From NCBI GenBank assembly GCA_043718025.1, contig JAYSWN010000063.1, positions 1 through 37,002 of the forward strand: a stretch of 37,002 nt of DNA. Direction: 5' to 3'. Made by a program: the position numbers and the translations under genes. The DNA comes from Pseudomonadota bacterium. GTDB lineage: Bacteria; Bdellovibrionota; FAC87; UBA2466. This document shows positions 9,369-18,693 of the stretch, piece after piece. The notes below the pieces were generated by a model that saw nothing but the letters and a program-made list of their open reading frames with translations, was not told the DNA's origin and ran no database searches. Position 1 is the first letter of the stretch, and each line of letters opens with the position of its first letter.

Positions 9369-11182
9369 CGGATTCGATACACGGCTCCCGCGGAGTTGCG
9401 GAATACCTCGGGCAAATTAAGAGGAAGCGCCGAAGTCGAACGCAGAAAATAGTCCGCACCTAGCTTGCTTCCCAAATTCACAATCGCCCGTTCATTCATT
9501 AAATCTAAATCAGAACCAAAGCTGTGAAACATCTCTCCGACCGTTCGATTGAAGTCGCTCAGCCTCCGATCGGGCGAGTAGGGAACAAAATTTAATGGGC
9601 CTACATCCACGTAGACCACCGGACGCTCAGCAATGCCTCGCCACGAATTGCGAGTCATGGACATAAATAGTGATTTGGGCGCGGTATTTTCCTTGGCCCA
9701 CTTCTGCAAAACGTACGAATCTAACAGCGGAGCAGATTTAGTGCGGGTACCTTCTCGATATTGCACAGCAATAGCGAGTACGAGCACCGCAGCAAAAAAG
9801 GGGAAGGCCCCCCGCTTCGAGCGTTTGGTGCAAACCACCACGCCGACCGCGGCCACAACGGAAAAAAAGAAAATCAGTGAATCAAAACCACCCGCCGGAG
9901 CAAGCCAGTTTCGGATTGCCATGCCCGTGGATTCGAACCCCAGATCCCTAAACGGACGGCCCAGCAAAACGAAGGCCACAACCCATCCGAAGGCAAATAG
10001 CGTGGCGATTTTTCTGGCGCTAGCCCGAGAAGGTAAAAGAACGATAAGCCACTGTCCCCAAAAGAGACCAAAACCAGAGTACATCTGAAAAAGAATGGCC
10101 AACATCGCTGAGAATCTAGCGGCAGAGTTTCCGGCCTCCACCACGCGAAGACCGTGCGAGAAAAGAATAGGAAGTAGAAAGACCGAAATGAGAACGGTAC
10201 AACGTAGGGGAACCGTGATCAAAATATACGGCACCCCAAACACGATACCCACAAGCTGAAGTAAGACCGCCGCGCCTACCGCCACCACACATCCCTTGAA
10301 CAATGCCTTTAGCGGCTCGACGTTGCCACCAAAAACCACCGTGCCGGCCCCGAAGAAAAAACCAATAAATGTTGGCAATACCCAAGCTGAAATCATCGGG
10401 ACCTTCCATGAGGTAATGTGAAGGTTGAGCAGGAGCGAGGCCAGGTACTCGGCTGAACTCAATCTTTCTCCATTACTGCGAGAGCCGCCGAATAGCTGAG
10501 GCAGAATGACGCAGGCGAACACCACTGAAAACATAAAAAGATAAGGCCGCCACTTGACGTTGCGTTTTGGATCAAAAAACAGAGTGGGTACCAAGATCAT
10601 CAAGAGATGCAAGGTTTGAAGGGGGTGGACCAAGGCCGCAGGGATAAGCGACGCAAGAAACAAACGACGATTGTCTGAGAGAAATGCCAGAAGACCCAAA
10701 ACCAGAAATGACAACACCAAATGCGCAGGATACGGCACGTACATGACATCGGGAAAGTAAGCCAAGTTTATTTGCCAAGGGCGCGCGACAAATGTAGCAA
10801 CGGCGGCCGCCCAGTATAGGACCGGCCTGGGATTGAGATACCGGCAGTAGAATAGGAGCGCCAATCCTAAGCCCACATTCTGCAACCAAACCAAAAAGTC
10901 TGTAAACAATTCGGGAGAGAACGAGAATTTGCGGTAAAGAAAACTAGCGAGCCAGTTCTGTACCGAAGCATTTATAAAAAAAGGACCGGCCAAGCGAATG
11001 GGGTCGCCCATCCACAGTTCCGGATTCTTAGCGTACTTTGCCCATACTACCGGATGGTCATCGCTGATGGCATTCGCAGTACGAACATCGCGGTCGCCAA
11101 CTCGCAAAATGCTGATTGTGGTGAAAAAGAATAGTGCCACGATGAATTCGGTGATTAAACGTCTACGCAAAGTAATATTCAT
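9365..11182 (-). CDS. Polytopic inner-membrane protein with soluble C-terminal domain (DUF6798-like; possible glycan transferase or polymerase)
   Basis: More than 10 hydrophobic segments, then WAKENT...F...WR...ER.V. Embedded in the sugar cluster. Confidence 0.6.
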   Translation of the reverse strand: MNITLRRRLITEFIVALFFFTTISILRVGDRDVRTANAISDDHPVVWAKYAKNPELWMGDPIRLAGPFFINASVQNWLASFLYRKFSFSPELFTDFLVWLQNVGLGLALLFYCRYLNPRPVLYWAAAVATFVARPWQINLAYFPDVMYVPYPAHLVLSFLVLGLLAFLSDNRRLFLASLIPAALVHPLQTLHLLMILVPTLFFDPKRNVKWRPYLFMFSVVFACVILPQLFGGSRSNGERLSSAEYLASLLLNLHITSWKVPMISAWVLPTFIGFFFGAGTVVFGGNVEPLKALFKGCVVAVGAAVLLQLVGIVFGVPYILITVPLRCTVLISVFLLPILFSHGLRVVEAGNSAARFSAMLAILFQMYSGFGLFWGQWLIVLLPSRASARKIATLFAFGWVVAFVLLGRPFRDLGFESTGMAIRNWLAPAGGFDSLIFFFSVVAAVGVVVCTKRSKRGAFPFFAAVLVLAIAVQYREGTRTKSAPLLDSYVLQKWAKENTAPKSLFMSMTRNSWRGIAERPVVYVDVGPLNFVPYSPDRRLSDFNRTVGEMFHSFGSDLDLMNERAIVNLGSKLGADYFLRSTSALPLNLPEVFRNSAGAVYRIR

Positions 11183-11195
11183 TTGAAGGCAGCTT

Positions 11196-12065
11196 TTAAG
11201 TTGTTTTTGGCTTGGGCCAAAACGAGGGATCTACCAGAGCGCGATCCTGCACTGAAAACGCAGAAAAGTCGGCAACTGAAAACTGTTTTGCTAATCCAAA
11301 AAAAGCTTTTGCAATGGCCTCGAACTGAAACAGATCATTGGCACCAACCAAGGCCACATCAACATTGGCAACGGCTCTGATAAACGCCAGGCAAATCTCA
11401 ATCATCGTAAGCCGCTCTGAATTCGCAAACACATTAAGTCTATTTAATGGTTCGTTTAATGCGGCCAAATGGGAAGGCAATGAATCAGGAGCAATAAAAA
11501 CCAGCCCTTGCAGAAAAAGCGAGCGCGCATGAATTTCGATTCCTTTTTTTTTAAGTGTCTCCAATACGCTTAAACAACGCTGATCGAACGGATTAAGGGG
11601 AAGCTGAATCAAATCTAATTCAAAGCAATCGCTAAGCTCCAGTGCCTGTTCAGGAGCATAAACCGACACCCCGATTTTTTCGATCAACCCCTCTTCTTTA
11701 CAGAGCGCAAGATCCGAATAGAAGTGCCGATTGTCCGCCTTCAAAAGCTCAGATGCATTGTGAACTAGAACCGCGTAGGCGTTCGGTCGACGCATTTTCC
11801 TTAATGAGGTACGGACCTGCGCTTGTGCGCTTTCTACACCCACAGAAACTTTGGTCACAATCTGAAATGCCGCCGCTTGGACAGAAAGCGTACCGATCAG
11901 AGACTCACTTTCACCATAAGCTGCTGCCGTATCTAAAAAGCATACCCCAGCTGTGGCGGCCGCCTCTAAAATGGCTCGTACTTCCCGCTCTGGGGTTTGG
12001 CCCTTTTGGTTTGAGATACCATAGGCCATACCAAATTGAACCGTGCCTAGCGCTAATCTCTTCAA
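11196..12065 (-). CDS. Aldo/keto reductase (nonulosonate-cluster type)
   Basis: LALGTVQFG..YG, DTAAAYG, IGVSVY and IHARSLFLQG motifs. The TTG start overlaps the pseC stop. Confidence 0.88.
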   Translation of the reverse strand: MKRLALGTVQFGMAYGISNQKGQTPEREVRAILEAAATAGVCFLDTAAAYGESESLIGTLSVQAAAFQIVTKVSVGVESAQAQVRTSLRKMRRPNAYAVLVHNASELLKADNRHFYSDLALCKEEGLIEKIGVSVYAPEQALELSDCFELDLIQLPLNPFDQRCLSVLETLKKKGIEIHARSLFLQGLVFIAPDSLPSHLAALNEPLNRLNVFANSERLTMIEICLAFIRAVANVDVALVGANDLFQFEAIAKAFFGLAKQFSVADFSAFSVQDRALVDPSFWPKPKTT

Positions 12066-13279
12066 GACTCTGCTCCGTAGACCGCATAGATTTTAAGCAA
12101 CGCGTCCACGACGTCTTTGGCGTCTTTTAGCGTCATACTCTGGTGCAGCGGTAAACTAATTAAAGTAAGAAACTCTCGGTCAGCGATTGGACAAATATTC
12201 GGGGCATAACCACGTTCGCGATAAAAGGGGTGCTGGTAAATCGGTTGGTAATGTAGGTTGGCGCCAATGCCTTCTGCCCGCAGTGCGGCAAGAACCTGAT
12301 CCCGTTTCACTTTCCATGCGGCGGGATTCAGTTTGATCACATAAAGGTGGTGAGCGTGGTCCACCTTTGTGGACGTCGCGAGGGGAATCACCGCCGGAAA
12401 TTTAGAAAATGCTCTGTCGTAGGCGACGGCAATTCTTTTTCGGAGTTTTAGAAAGTGCGCTAGGCGCTTTAATTGGCTAAGACCGAGGGCGCTTTGAATT
12501 TCTGTGAGGCGGTAATTGAATCCGAGCGTTTCCATTTCGTATGTAAATTGCCCTTTAGTGAACCTCTCCCGAAAGTCAGAACCAATGCCATGCCCGCGAA
12601 ACATCCTAAGGCGACGGGCCAATTCAGGATGGTTGGTGGTCACCATTCCACCTTCGCCAGTTGTGATTTGTTTTACGGGATGAAAACTAAAGGTGGTAAG
12701 CGTTGCAATTGAACCCACCGACTTTTTTCGAAATTTTGCTCCCACTGCGTGGCACGCATCAGAGATTAGAATCAGATTATTTTTTTCAGCAATTGCATTC
12801 AAAGAATCGTAGTCACACGGCTGGCCCGCGTAATCGACAGCAACGATAGCCCTTGTGCGTGGCGTTAGCTTCTTAATCACCTCGTTCGGGTCTATGAGTA
12901 ATGTAGAGGGTTGCACATCCGCAAAAACCGGCACCCCGCCTAAATAGATGGCCGCATTCGAAGTGGCAATAAAAGTAATGGCCGGAACGATAACTTCATC
13001 GCCTGGGCCAATGCCGGCTACCGCCATCGCCGCATGGAGAGCTGCCGTTCCATTGCAGAAAGAAACTGCGAAGGCAGCGCCCATTTTCTTTGCAAATTCA
13101 GATTCAAATTTTGCAACGGTGGGTCCAGAGGTTAACCAGTCCGACTTTAGGGCCTTAACCACCGCCGCAATATCGGTCTGGTCGATTTGCTGACGACCAT
13201 AAGGCAAGGGTTGCTTCCGTATCGGCTTTCCGCCATCGATCGCCAGTACGGCTTTGGTCCTTGCTTGCGCCTTACGCAT
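12062..13279 (-). CDS. pseC: UDP-4-amino-4,6-dideoxy-N-acetyl-beta-L-altrosamine transaminase (DegT/DnrJ family)
   Basis: LPYGRQQI, DWLTSGP, DACHA, SFHPVKQITTGEGG and LGFNYR motifs. Start set at the ATG at 13279, which overlaps the pseB stop by 8 bp. Confidence 0.92.
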   Translation of the reverse strand: MRKAQARTKAVLAIDGGKPIRKQPLPYGRQQIDQTDIAAVVKALKSDWLTSGPTVAKFESEFAKKMGAAFAVSFCNGTAALHAAMAVAGIGPGDEVIVPAITFIATSNAAIYLGGVPVFADVQPSTLLIDPNEVIKKLTPRTRAIVAVDYAGQPCDYDSLNAIAEKNNLILISDACHAVGAKFRKKSVGSIATLTTFSFHPVKQITTGEGGMVTTNHPELARRLRMFRGHGIGSDFRERFTKGQFTYEMETLGFNYRLTEIQSALGLSQLKRLAHFLKLRKRIAVAYDRAFSKFPAVIPLATSTKVDHAHHLYVIKLNPAAWKVKRDQVLAALRAEGIGANLHYQPIYQHPFYRERGYAPNICPIADREFLTLISLPLHQSMTLKDAKDVVDALLKIYAVYGAES

Positions 13280-14315
13280 ATTTTCTTTGTGGCTTAGGGA
13301 ATGCCAATTCGCCAATGGTCTGTTCTAGCAGCTGAACTAGGTCTTTAGATGCCAACCACTGCGTATTATTGTCGCTAGTGTAGGGCGAACATGGAGCACT
13401 AGCAGACTCAGTATGGTTTGAATTTTCGGCCGATGAATTAAGCGGAGCAATCACGAACCGGTCGTCATATTCAACAACGTGACGAGCATCGTCTTCCGAA
13501 ATGAGGGTCTCATGAAGTTTTTCACCGGGTCGAATACCGATTGTCTTGATTTTACAATTAGGGGCGATAACGGCCGCCAAGTCCACCACGTTCATGCTTG
13601 GGATCTTCGGAACAAAGACCTCGCCGCCAGCCATGCGAGACAGGCAATCCAAAACAAAATGAGCCCCTTGATCGAGGGTGATCCAAAAACGGGTCATGCG
13701 CTTATCGGTTATGGTAAGAGTTCCCCCGTCGCGTTGCTTAAGGAAAACGGGAATCACACTCCCTCGGCTTCCGACGACGTTACCGTAACGGACACAGGAA
13801 AATCTCGCGCCATTTAGGCCTGAATAGCAATTGCTATGTATGACCAGCTTCTCGGCGCACAATTTAGTGGCGCCGTATAAATTGATCGGATTGCATGCCT
13901 TATCAGTACTCAGCGCAATGACCTTGGCGACTTTGGCATCAATTGCGGCCTCAATCACGTTCTTAGTACCAATGACGTTGGTCAGAATCGCTTCCATTGG
14001 GTTGTATTCACAGCTCGCAACCTGTTTTAGGGCCGCGGCATGGATTACGTAATCAACACCGTGCATCGCACGCGTCAGACGGTCCTTATCCCGTACATCC
14101 CCGATGAAAAACCTTAGCCGGTCATCGCTGTATCCATTCTGCTGCATCTCATACTGCTTAAGCTCATCGCGACTAAAAATAATCACCTTGGCCGGTTCAT
14201 AGAGGTCTAACACCATTTTTGCACAGTGTTTTCCGAAAGACCCGGTGCCCCCGGTAATTAAAAAAACCTTGTTTTTAGGCAGCTTGCTGGACTTCGGCAT
14301 AAACACTCGCGTCAT
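13272..14315 (-). CDS. pseB: UDP-N-acetylglucosamine 4,6-dehydratase (inverting)
   Basis: ITGGTGSFG, SRDELKQ, HAAALKQV, LSTDKA, YGATK, RYGNVVGSRGSV and GIRPGEKLHE motifs. Start set at the ATG at 14315 (GGAG upstream); 14300 is an alternative. Confidence 0.95.
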   Translation of the reverse strand: MTRVFMPKSSKLPKNKVFLITGGTGSFGKHCAKMVLDLYEPAKVIIFSRDELKQYEMQQNGYSDDRLRFFIGDVRDKDRLTRAMHGVDYVIHAAALKQVASCEYNPMEAILTNVIGTKNVIEAAIDAKVAKVIALSTDKACNPINLYGATKLCAEKLVIHSNCYSGLNGARFSCVRYGNVVGSRGSVIPVFLKQRDGGTLTITDKRMTRFWITLDQGAHFVLDCLSRMAGGEVFVPKIPSMNVVDLAAVIAPNCKIKTIGIRPGEKLHETLISEDDARHVVEYDDRFVIAPLNSSAENSNHTESASAPCSPYTSDNNTQWLASKDLVQLLEQTIGELAFPKPQRKYA

Positions 14316-14388
14316 TTTCTCTCCGGTTTTGATATTGGGGTGGGTCGCGAACAAAGTAGGGAAAGCGAAGGAGTCAGAAGTTACATTC

Positions 14389-14417
14389 ATTATACTTGAG
14401 ATTGACGAAGAACAGAA
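14389..14417 (-). promoter_or_regulatory. Possible sigma70 promoter for pseB
   Basis: Minus strand TTCTGT-N17-TATAAT in the intergenic gap. The -35 match is weak. Confidence 0.35.
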
Positions 14418-14456
14418 ACTTTGACCCGCCGCCATCAAAAACGAATCTGCTCCGAT

Positions 14457-15404
14457 CTAAGAACCGGACCGATTGATGCTATTCCCGTGAATAAGAGGGG
14501 CGCCGTTTTTGTCTAAGTCGTTTCGTGTTTCCGCCAAATTCAGCGGTCCGTGAATTTTTCTATTCACTTGATCGATCAAAGTATTAGTGTCTGTGCGTTC
14601 GGCCTTGGCAATAACGTAACGAAGCGAGATGCGGTTGCCGACCTTTCTCTGGTCCAAAGCTGATGGTTGGGTGCCGTGCATGGTACAAGCGTGCCAAAGG
14701 TAGGCCGAACCACTGGGTCCGACGAGAGTTGCACACGGAAACTCCCCCTCTGACCCGCGTCGATCCGAATATTTCCACATCGTTTTGTCGTTCAACTTTG
14801 GTTTTAGATCATGAGGAAATAGGGTCACGCCAAAATCATGGGTTCCCGGCAAGACGAGTAGAGGGGAATCGTTCTCCGTCACCTTATCGAGATAAATGTA
14901 CAACGTGACGAAATCTGAATGGCGGTCCGGATAGTCAATCATGTCCTGATGAAAATCGATGCCATGAAAATAGGTAATATCGCGGTATTCGGGTTTCACA
15001 AATGCGCCCAAATTTGGAACGGGCAGTTCGGCAATCTCGCGTTTGACCCATTCAGGGATCCATTCCGCCGGGATCGCCGCAACGACTTTTTTCATCACCG
15101 TCTGGTAGCCAGGGCCCAAAATCGCTTCAAGTGCATCGCGAATAACCAGGTCTTCCTCGATAAAAGAAGTATTAAGTTTCTCGATTATGTTTCTTCCGGG
15201 GGCGGGATTCACCCCTTTTCGCAGCGGGTTGTTGCGAAAAGACGCTTCATCGGAAAATAGAGAGGAAGAAAAGTTGCGCAAACTAAGTAGCTCGTCAAAA
15301 AGTTTACTGCATCGCGTTACATCGAGAATGCTACCGAAGTCGATAAAGCCGGTATCTAAAAACCCCGAGACCAATAATTTCATAGGTATCTTTAATTTTA
15401 TCAC
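14457..15404 (-). CDS. Phytanoyl-CoA dioxygenase (PhyH)-family Fe(II)/2-oxoglutarate oxygenase
   Basis: Facial-triad pattern FHQD...MHG, plus IYLD, LLVLPGTH and distal Arg (RISL). Start uncertain (GTG 15404 or ATG 15383). Confidence 0.8.
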   Translation of the reverse strand: MIKLKIPMKLLVSGFLDTGFIDFGSILDVTRCSKLFDELLSLRNFSSSLFSDEASFRNNPLRKGVNPAPGRNIIEKLNTSFIEEDLVIRDALEAILGPGYQTVMKKVVAAIPAEWIPEWVKREIAELPVPNLGAFVKPEYRDITYFHGIDFHQDMIDYPDRHSDFVTLYIYLDKVTENDSPLLVLPGTHDFGVTLFPHDLKPKLNDKTMWKYSDRRGSEGEFPCATLVGPSGSAYLWHACTMHGTQPSALDQRKVGNRISLRYVIAKAERTDTNTLIDQVNRKIHGPLNLAETRNDLDKNGAPLIHGNSINRSGS

Positions 15405-15458
15405 ATCGACAAATCCATAACGATATGTGCGTACGGCCTATCCTCAGCCTCGTTATAT

Positions 15459-15488
15459 TTCAAAGTCTTCATGCGCTCAGGTTATAAT
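15459..15488 (+). promoter_or_regulatory. Putative sigma70 promoter for pseI
   Basis: TTCAAA-N18-TATAAT ending 32 nt before the proposed CTG start. Confidence 0.45.
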
Positions 15489-15520
15489 TGAGATCAGAAC
15501 AATAACATCGCGAGGAAAAT

Positions 15521-16576
15521 CTGAAAATTGCCGGAAGAAAAATAGGTGCGGGGGAACCCGTCTACTTTGTTGCCGAAATGTCAGCAAATGCCCAAAGTTT
15601 CGAACACGCACTAAAAATAATTCAGGCCGCCAAGGACAGCGGAGCCGACGCGATTAAGCTGCAAACCTATACGGCGGATACTCTGACCATGCAGAGTGAC
15701 AACTCCGAATTCAAGATTGGCAGCGGCTCCCCCTGGAGCGGGCAGTCGCTTTACGCTTTGTATGCTAAAGCGCACATGCCGTGGGACTGGCAACCCAAGC
15801 TGCAGGATTTTTCGAAAAAGATTGGACTGCCCCTATTTTCATCGCCCTTCGATATTAGTGCAGTTGAATTTCTCGAAAAAATGAATATCCCTGCTTACAA
15901 AATTGCGTCATTCGAAATTGTCGATATTCCGCTCATAGAACGGGCTGCAAAAACTGGTAAGCCCCTAATTATTTCTACTGGAATGGCCAGCATCGATGAC
16001 ATCGCGCTCGCCGTTAAGTGTGCGCGTGGGGCAGGGGCAACAGAGATTGCCCTTCTCAAATGCACTAGCGCCTACCCGGCGCCTGAAGAAGAGATGAACC
16101 TAAGAACGCTCAACGACCTATCAAAACGGTTTAATGTGCAGGTTGGTTTGTCGGATCACACCATTGGGTTCATCGCACCAGTGGTAGCGGCTTCTCTCGG
16201 AGCTACAATAATTGAGAAACACTTTACACTCTCCCGTTCAAATCCCAGCCCCGATAGTTCCTTTTCGATCGAACCGGACGAATTTAAACAAATGGTCGCC
16301 GCCGTAAGAAGCGCAGAAAAATGTCTGGGTAAAATCTCTTATGAAGTTACCGATAGTCAGAAAGATAATCTCGCTCATCGGCGATCTCTTTTTGTCGTCG
16401 AGGACATAAAGAAAGGAGAGCCTTTTACAAACAAAAACATTCGTTCCATCCGTCCCGGAAATGGTTTGGCACCGAAGTATTTGCGTGATGCTCTAGATCA
16501 GACCGCCGCTGTCGATGTAAAACGAGGAACCCCGTTAAGCTGGGAACTCTTTTCCAAGAAAAAGAGTACGAAGTGA
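15521..16576 (+). CDS. pseI: Pseudaminic acid synthase (NeuB family with C-terminal SAF domain), probable CTG start
   Basis: GADAIKLQTY, YKIASFE, IISTGMA, LLKCTSAYP, GLSDHT, IEKHFTL and RSIRPG motifs. Homology extends 19 codons upstream of ATG 15578 (LKIAGRKIGAGEPVYFVAE) to a CTG preceded by GAGG. Confidence 0.92.
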   Translation: MKIAGRKIGAGEPVYFVAEMSANAQSFEHALKIIQAAKDSGADAIKLQTYTADTLTMQSDNSEFKIGSGSPWSGQSLYALYAKAHMPWDWQPKLQDFSKKIGLPLFSSPFDISAVEFLEKMNIPAYKIASFEIVDIPLIERAAKTGKPLIISTGMASIDDIALAVKCARGAGATEIALLKCTSAYPAPEEEMNLRTLNDLSKRFNVQVGLSDHTIGFIAPVVAASLGATIIEKHFTLSRSNPSPDSSFSIEPDEFKQMVAAVRSAEKCLGKISYEVTDSQKDNLAHRRSLFVVEDIKKGEPFTNKNIRSIRPGNGLAPKYLRDALDQTAAVDVKRGTPLSWELFSKKKSTK

Positions 16577-17364
16577 CAACGAATGAAAAAGTGAATGTGG
16601 TCGCCCTTGTCCAAGCGCGGATGGGCTCGACCCGCTTTCCCGGAAAAGTATTGCAACTAATTGATACTCATCCCGTACTTTGGCACGTAGTAAATCGAAT
16701 CAAAGCCGCCTCGCGGATAAACGAAGTGGTCGTAACCACTTCGGTGAGGCCTGAAAATGATGCCATCCGGGATTTCTGCCTGCAACAGAAGATTGCCTGC
16801 TTTTCAGGCGACGAGGCGGATGTACTAGACCGCTTTTACCAAGCCGCCGTTTTTCACCGAGCCTCGCATTTGGTTCGCGTAACCGGCGATTGCCCACTGG
16901 TTGATCCTGGTCTGATTGACCAAATTGCGGGGATCTGTCTGAGCGAAGAATTAGACTACTGCGCGGTCGGAACCGGCGCCGGTGTCGCTGACAAAACAAA
17001 CTTTAAGCGCTTTCCAGACGGCATGGACGCCGAAATGATTTCTCTCCCAACTTTGAAAAGAATCTGGAGCGAGGCAACCGTGTCAACCCACAGGGAACAC
17101 GTCACACCATATCTTTTCCTAAACCAGCACCTTTTCAAAATGAGATATTTGGAGTGTGAAAAAGATTATAGCAACCTTCGCCTTACACTAGATTACCCGG
17201 AAGATCTCAAATTGATTAGCAGTATTTTCAAGAAGCTTGGAGCGTCGAATGCCTCATTCTCAATCGCTGAAATCTTACGCTTGTTTGAAACTGAGCCGGA
17301 GCTTGCGCAACTAAATATTCACCACCAATTAACCCAAGGCTACGGGGAATTCTGGAAGAAATGA
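16573..17364 (+). CDS. SpsF-type cytidylyltransferase (probable CMP-nonulosonate synthetase, PseF role)
   Basis: QARMGSTRFPGKVL, DVLDRF, VRVTGDCP, REHVT and RLTLDYPED motifs. GTGA overlap with pseI. Confidence 0.85.
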   Translation: MTTNEKVNVVALVQARMGSTRFPGKVLQLIDTHPVLWHVVNRIKAASRINEVVVTTSVRPENDAIRDFCLQQKIACFSGDEADVLDRFYQAAVFHRASHLVRVTGDCPLVDPGLIDQIAGICLSEELDYCAVGTGAGVADKTNFKRFPDGMDAEMISLPTLKRIWSEATVSTHREHVTPYLFLNQHLFKMRYLECEKDYSNLRLTLDYPEDLKLISSIFKKLGASNASFSIAEILRLFETEPELAQLNIHHQLTQGYGEFWKK

Positions 17365-18680
17365 AAAACACTAATGAACAATTTGACGGTCTAGAGCTCT
17401 ACAGGAAGGCGAAGCGCCTCATTCCCGGAGGGACTCAACTGCTTTCAAAAAGACCAGAGATGTTTGCACCCGAAGTGTGGCCAGCTTACTATTCGAAGGC
17501 AAAGGGATACACCGTTTGGGACCTTGCCGGTAAACCGTACATCGATATGTCAATCATGGGGATTGGTGCCGCGGTTTTGGGTTACGGAGATCCGGACGTT
17601 GACCATGCGGTTCTCGAAGCTATTCAATCGGGCGTTTGTAGCTCATTAAACTGCCCTGAAGAAGTTGAACTAGCTGAAGAACTGGTTGCGACACATCCTT
17701 GGGCGCAAATGGTACGGTACGCGCGCAGTGGTGGCGAAGCCGTTTCACTTGCCGTGCGCTTAGCCCGAGCCGCAACCAAAAGGGACATCGTATACTTCAG
17801 TGGCTACCACGGTTGGACCGACTGGTACCTCGCTGCAAACCTTGGAAGCGGAGCAGCCCTGGACGGACAGCTGATGCCGGGACTACACGCCGCCGGAATT
17901 CCAAGAGCCCTGAAAGGCACCTCTCTCCCCTTTCTTTTGACGGAAATCGATAAACTGAAGAAGGCTGTTCAATCCAATGCCAAAGACATCGCAGCGTTTG
18001 TCATTGAACCCGCACGCGGCGAGGACGCGCCACCAAAGGCACTGGCCGCACTGCGGGAACTGGCAAATGAGCTAGGCGTAGTTCTGATCTTCGATGAAAT
18101 CACCAGTGGATTTCGGGCAAGTAACGGCGGAATTCATCTAAATTATGGGGTAAATCCAGACGTTGCTGTCTTTGCTAAAGGAATGGCCAACGGTTATGCC
18201 ATGTCCGCTGTAATCGGTAAGGAATCGATAATGCAGGCGGCGCAATCCACTTTTGTATCCAGCACAAACTGGACAGAGCGAATTGGACCGACGGCGGCAC
18301 TGGCCACCATCAGAAAATTCAAAAGCCAGCCGGTCGTAAAACACTTGATATCAATCGGTGATTCTACCAAGGCAATTTGGAAGCGAACGGCCGAAAAACA
18401 CCGCTTAGATATTTCAATCTCGGGAATCTCTGCGCTACCGGTCTTTTCTTTTAATGGCGAACATAGGCAATCATTTAATACGATTTTTACCATTGAAATG
18501 CTTAAGTTGGGCTTTTTAGGGTTTCGGGTTTTTAAGCCTTCTTTCGCCCACACTCAAGAAGTGCTCGTAGAGTATGAATCCGCATTAAATGAAGTGTTTG
18601 GCCTCATAGCGAAGAACGGACCAGGGGCGCTAAAAACACCACTTGCTCACACTGGTTTCTCCCGTCTCACAAAAGAATAA
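17361..18680 (+). CDS. Class III PLP aminotransferase (glutamate-1-semialdehyde aminomutase-like)
   Basis: IPGGTQLLSKRP, SGGEA, GYHGW, IFDEITSGFR and FAKGMANG motifs. ATGA overlap with the upstream gene. Confidence 0.9.
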   Translation: MKNTNEQFDGLELYRKAKRLIPGGTQLLSKRPEMFAPEVWPAYYSKAKGYTVWDLAGKPYIDMSIMGIGAAVLGYGDPDVDHAVLEAIQSGVCSSLNCPEEVELAEELVATHPWAQMVRYARSGGEAVSLAVRLARAATKRDIVYFSGYHGWTDWYLAANLGSGAALDGQLMPGLHAAGIPRALKGTSLPFLLTEIDKLKKAVQSNAKDIAAFVIEPARGEDAPPKALAALRELANELGVVLIFDEITSGFRASNGGIHLNYGVNPDVAVFAKGMANGYAMSAVIGKESIMQAAQSTFVSSTNWTERIGPTAALATIRKFKSQPVVKHLISIGDSTKAIWKRTAEKHRLDISISGISALPVFSFNGEHRQSFNTIFTIEMLKLGFLGFRVFKPSFAHTQEVLVEYESALNEVFGLIAKNGPGALKTPLAHTGFSRLTKE

Positions 18681-18693
18681 AGACAATTTCAAG

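Noticed and set aside
14316..14438. Long N-terminal extension of pseB (and 13280-13315 for pseC)
   Set aside because: No resemblance to the families; downstream ATGs with an RBS or stop-start coupling fit better.
17361..18680. hemL (tetrapyrrole GSA aminomutase)
   Set aside because: Same fold, but the N-terminal motif (PGGTQLLSKRP) and coupling to a sugar cytidylyltransferase point to a glycan-pathway paralog.
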